From: Candidatus Eiseniibacteriota bacterium | GTDB lineage: Bacteria; Eisenbacteria; RBG-16-71-46; CAVPCR01 | Direction of reading: 5' to 3' | Length of the DNA: 64,000 nucleotides | Assembly: GCA_963702435.1 (NCBI GenBank) | Contig: CAVPCR010000001.1 | Coordinates: 448,001-512,000, forward strand | Shown here: positions 61,797 to 64,000 of the stretch, piece by piece | Layout of the letters: each line of letters starts with the position of its first letter | Position numbering within the stretch: the first letter of the stretch is position 1 | Position numbers and translations under genes: made by a program | Notes under the pieces: generated by a model | Seen by the model: only the letters and a program-made list of their open reading frames with translations | Told to the model about the DNA's origin: nothing | The model's database searches: none

Positions 61797-62698
61797 GACC
61801 CACCCCCGCTCCCGGGTGCTGGCCCGCTCGCGCTGCCGTCCCACACCGCTGGCGCATGCGCCACCGAGAGGAGATCGGTGCGCGGGAGATCGGCGTGCCA
61901 GGCGACGCCGCCCCCGAGCGCGAGCGGGCCCCGGCGGAGCTCGATCGCGACCCGGAGCGACGGCTCCGCCGAGGACCAGCCCGCACCGAGGGCGAGGGGC
62001 GGGAGGATCCGCGTCATGAGGCCGAACCGGAGCCGGCGCCCCCGCGAGCCGTCGATGATCTTCATCTCGGCCGTGAGCGGCGCGCCCCCGGCGCGCACGG
62101 CGAGCGCGAACTCGCGCGGCGCGGCGAGCGCCACGGCCCCCGCGCTCTCGAGGATGCCGGAGGCGCGCGCCGCGAACCCGACGCCGCCGAGGTCGAGATC
62201 CCAGGTCAGGTCGAGCGCCCCGCCGATGCGCGTGCTCGCGACCGGTTCCCCGGCCGCCGCATCGAGCACGTTTGCCGTGAGCGCGAAGACCTGCCGGTCG
62301 AAGCGGCGGCCCACTGCGAGGGCGAGACGCGATTCTCGGTAGGCCCCGGCATCGAGGAGCGAGAGCCCGGCACCGATCACCCAGCGTTCGCCGGGTGCCC
62401 CGTAGGCGACCCGGGCGCCGACCGCGCGCAGATCCGGCCAGCGAAAGGGCCGCGCCCAGACGAGATCGGCCGAGAGACCAGCTGTCGCCCCCGCCGCGGG
62501 CCAACGCACCGGCGAGTCGCCGGCGACCAGGCTCCGCGGGGTCGCGTGCTCCCAGTCGAAGGCGGCGGTCGCCGGCCGCGCCGGCGCGCCGAGCACGGCG
62601 AGTGCCCCGAGCGCGGCGAGTGCCCCGAGCGGCGCGATCCTCCGCCGGCGCCCGGTGCGGGCGTGGCCCGCCGCCGGCGGCCGGCCAGCGCCGGTCAT
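61793..62698 (-). CDS. Hypothetical outer-membrane beta-barrel-like protein
   Basis: Signal peptide then AFDWEHATPRS, ARPFRWPDL, YRESRLALAVGR, WHADL; ATGA coupling. Confidence 0.6.
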   Translation of the reverse strand: MTGAGRPPAAGHARTGRRRRIAPLGALAALGALAVLGAPARPATAAFDWEHATPRSLVAGDSPVRWPAAGATAGLSADLVWARPFRWPDLRAVGARVAYGAPGERWVIGAGLSLLDAGAYRESRLALAVGRRFDRQVFALTANVLDAAAGEPVASTRIGGALDLTWDLDLGGVGFAARASGILESAGAVALAAPREFALAVRAGGAPLTAEMKIIDGSRGRRLRFGLMTRILPPLALGAGWSSAEPSLRVAIELRRGPLALGGGVAWHADLPRTDLLSVAHAPAVWDGSASGPAPGSGGGS

Positions 62699-63999
62699 GG
62701 CGCCACCACGAGCGTGGCGCGCGCCACGCGCGGTCGCGGCGCGGCCGGCGCCGCGCCCGGCGGCATCGCGCTCGCCGGAGCAAGCGGCACCGCCTCCTCA
62801 CCGGCCAGGCTCACCAGGTAGAGCCCCGGCGCGAGAGCGTTCCCGCGCTCGTCCCGGCCGTCCCAGGCGACGAGGCGGCGCCCGGCAAGCGCCTCGCCCG
62901 CGAAGCGGCGGACGAGACGCCCGTCGCTCGCGTGCACGGCGAGCACTCCCCGGCGGAGCGGGCCCCCGAACTGGAGGAGGACCGCGTTCCCCGCGCCCGC
63001 ACGCACGATGCGCGGCTCCACGCGCAGAAAGCCGCGCACGGTCTCCACGTGGAGCGCCACCCCGTTCGGGCGCCCGGGGCTCGCGCCTGCGGGCGCGGCG
63101 GCCCACGCCGCCCGATCGGTGCTCGGGAGCTCCGGCGACAGGCGCTCGACCGCCACTCCGGGCGGGGCCCAGTCCGCGGCGTAGGCCACGTCATCGCTCG
63201 TGCGCCCCGCCTCCTCGACCACCCGCACGCGATCGGCGATCGGCATCCCCGTGTCGTTGAGCGCCGGCCAGCGCGAGCCGAGAACGAGCGCGGCCCCGGG
63301 GACCTCGAGATCGCTCTCGGCGACCACGAGCAAGGCTCCCGGCGCGAGCGGCGGCGCTCCGGCGAGCGGGACCGGTTCGGCCCGGCCGTCGGCGAGCGCG
63401 TAGCGCGATGCATCGAGCGTGTCGGGGCTCGCGTTCACGAGCTCGACCCACTCGGGCGCGTCCCCCGCCGGGCGGAACAGGAACTCGTTCACGCGCAGCG
63501 GACCCGGGCCGGCGCGGGCGGGCACGCGGAGAGTGTCGGCCGCATCCGGCCCGCCCGATGCGGGGGGGGCGAGGAGCGCGCAGGTGAGACAGACGTCGAG
63601 GGTCCCGGCGGGCAGCGGACCGAGGAGGAGCGCCCCGGCGGCCTCCCCATCGGCGAGCACGGCGTGCATCGTCGCGCGCGGCATCGCGGCGGCACAGGGA
63701 GAAACGCTCACCTCGACGGCGGCGGCCGCCAGCTCCTCCTCGGCAGCGACCATCCACTCGATCTCGAGCCGCGGGTCGGCCCCGGCGTCGCTCCGGTGCG
63801 CGGGGCTCCGCAACCGGAAGCGAGAAGGACGGCGGTTCGCCTGCCCCGGGCTCGGCGGCGCGAGCGGATGGAAGTCCGCCGCGTTCCGGCCCGTGTCCGC
63901 GCCGTCGGGCGATCGCCCGAGACTCGTGCCGGCCGGCACGTCGGGCGCGGGCGCGCCGCGGAAGAACTCGGGTGCGGCGAGCTCTCCCCAGCCGAGCAC
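62695..63999 (-). CDS. Lamin-tail-domain protein with FlgD-Ig C-terminal domain (5' end outside the window)
   Basis: SLGRSPDGADT, PSPGQAN, VNEFLF..PEWVELVN, SPGRPN; tail DGRLVRR..WDGRDERG..PGLYLV. Confidence 0.82.
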   Translation of the reverse strand: MLGWGELAAPEFFRGAPAPDVPAGTSLGRSPDGADTGRNAADFHPLAPPSPGQANRRPSRFRLRSPAHRSDAGADPRLEIEWMVAAEEELAAAAVEVSVSPCAAAMPRATMHAVLADGEAAGALLLGPLPAGTLDVCLTCALLAPPASGGPDAADTLRVPARAGPGPLRVNEFLFRPAGDAPEWVELVNASPDTLDASRYALADGRAEPVPLAGAPPLAPGALLVVAESDLEVPGAALVLGSRWPALNDTGMPIADRVRVVEEAGRTSDDVAYAADWAPPGVAVERLSPELPSTDRAAWAAAPAGASPGRPNGVALHVETVRGFLRVEPRIVRAGAGNAVLLQFGGPLRRGVLAVHASDGRLVRRFAGEALAGRRLVAWDGRDERGNALAPGLYLVSLAGEEAVPLAPASAMPPGAAPAAPRPRVARATLVVAP

Positions 64000-64000
64000 G

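Overview
Very GC-rich (visibly about 70% or more) bacterial chromosomal window, mostly transcribed on the minus strand. Gene content (gingipain-like C25 peptidases, FlgD-Ig/T9SS-type C-terminal domains, a GWxTD protein, TonB, IleRS2) suggests a diderm of the FCB-related candidate phyla such as Eisenbacteria, Krumholzibacteriota or Latescibacterota. This taxonomy is an inference. Core blocks: ptsN-like/vanZ/hisS/aspS; phoH/7TM-HD/ybeY/two CBS proteins/recO; clpB; yggS/divIVA/yggU/PNP/ileS/dksA-like/lspA/rluD/ruvX/mltG/larE; smpB/amidase/GerMN/murI/rph/rdgB; ssb; arcC; an aminotransferase. RNA genes: tmRNA (tag ANTELALAA), six tRNAs and a candidate 6S RNA. The best candidate for an undescribed system is a 12-16 aa C-terminal tag, (A/S)VE(P/D)ATWGxIK, on four secreted proteins with three unrelated folds. 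It occurs alongside a PorU-like C25 peptidase, a second C25 peptidase, tandem parvulins, a Cys-rich cohesin-like paralog family and a dockerin-like protein, which suggests a protein-sorting and surface-scaffold system. Other notable items are three copies of a structured repeat of about 67 bp before tRNA-Leu, a promoter/short RNA/terminator unit before the hisS-aspS operon, an in-frame mltG-larE read-through, and frameshifts confined to secreted-protein genes (possibly assembly errors). Several CDS starts were trimmed from the ORF track by eye.
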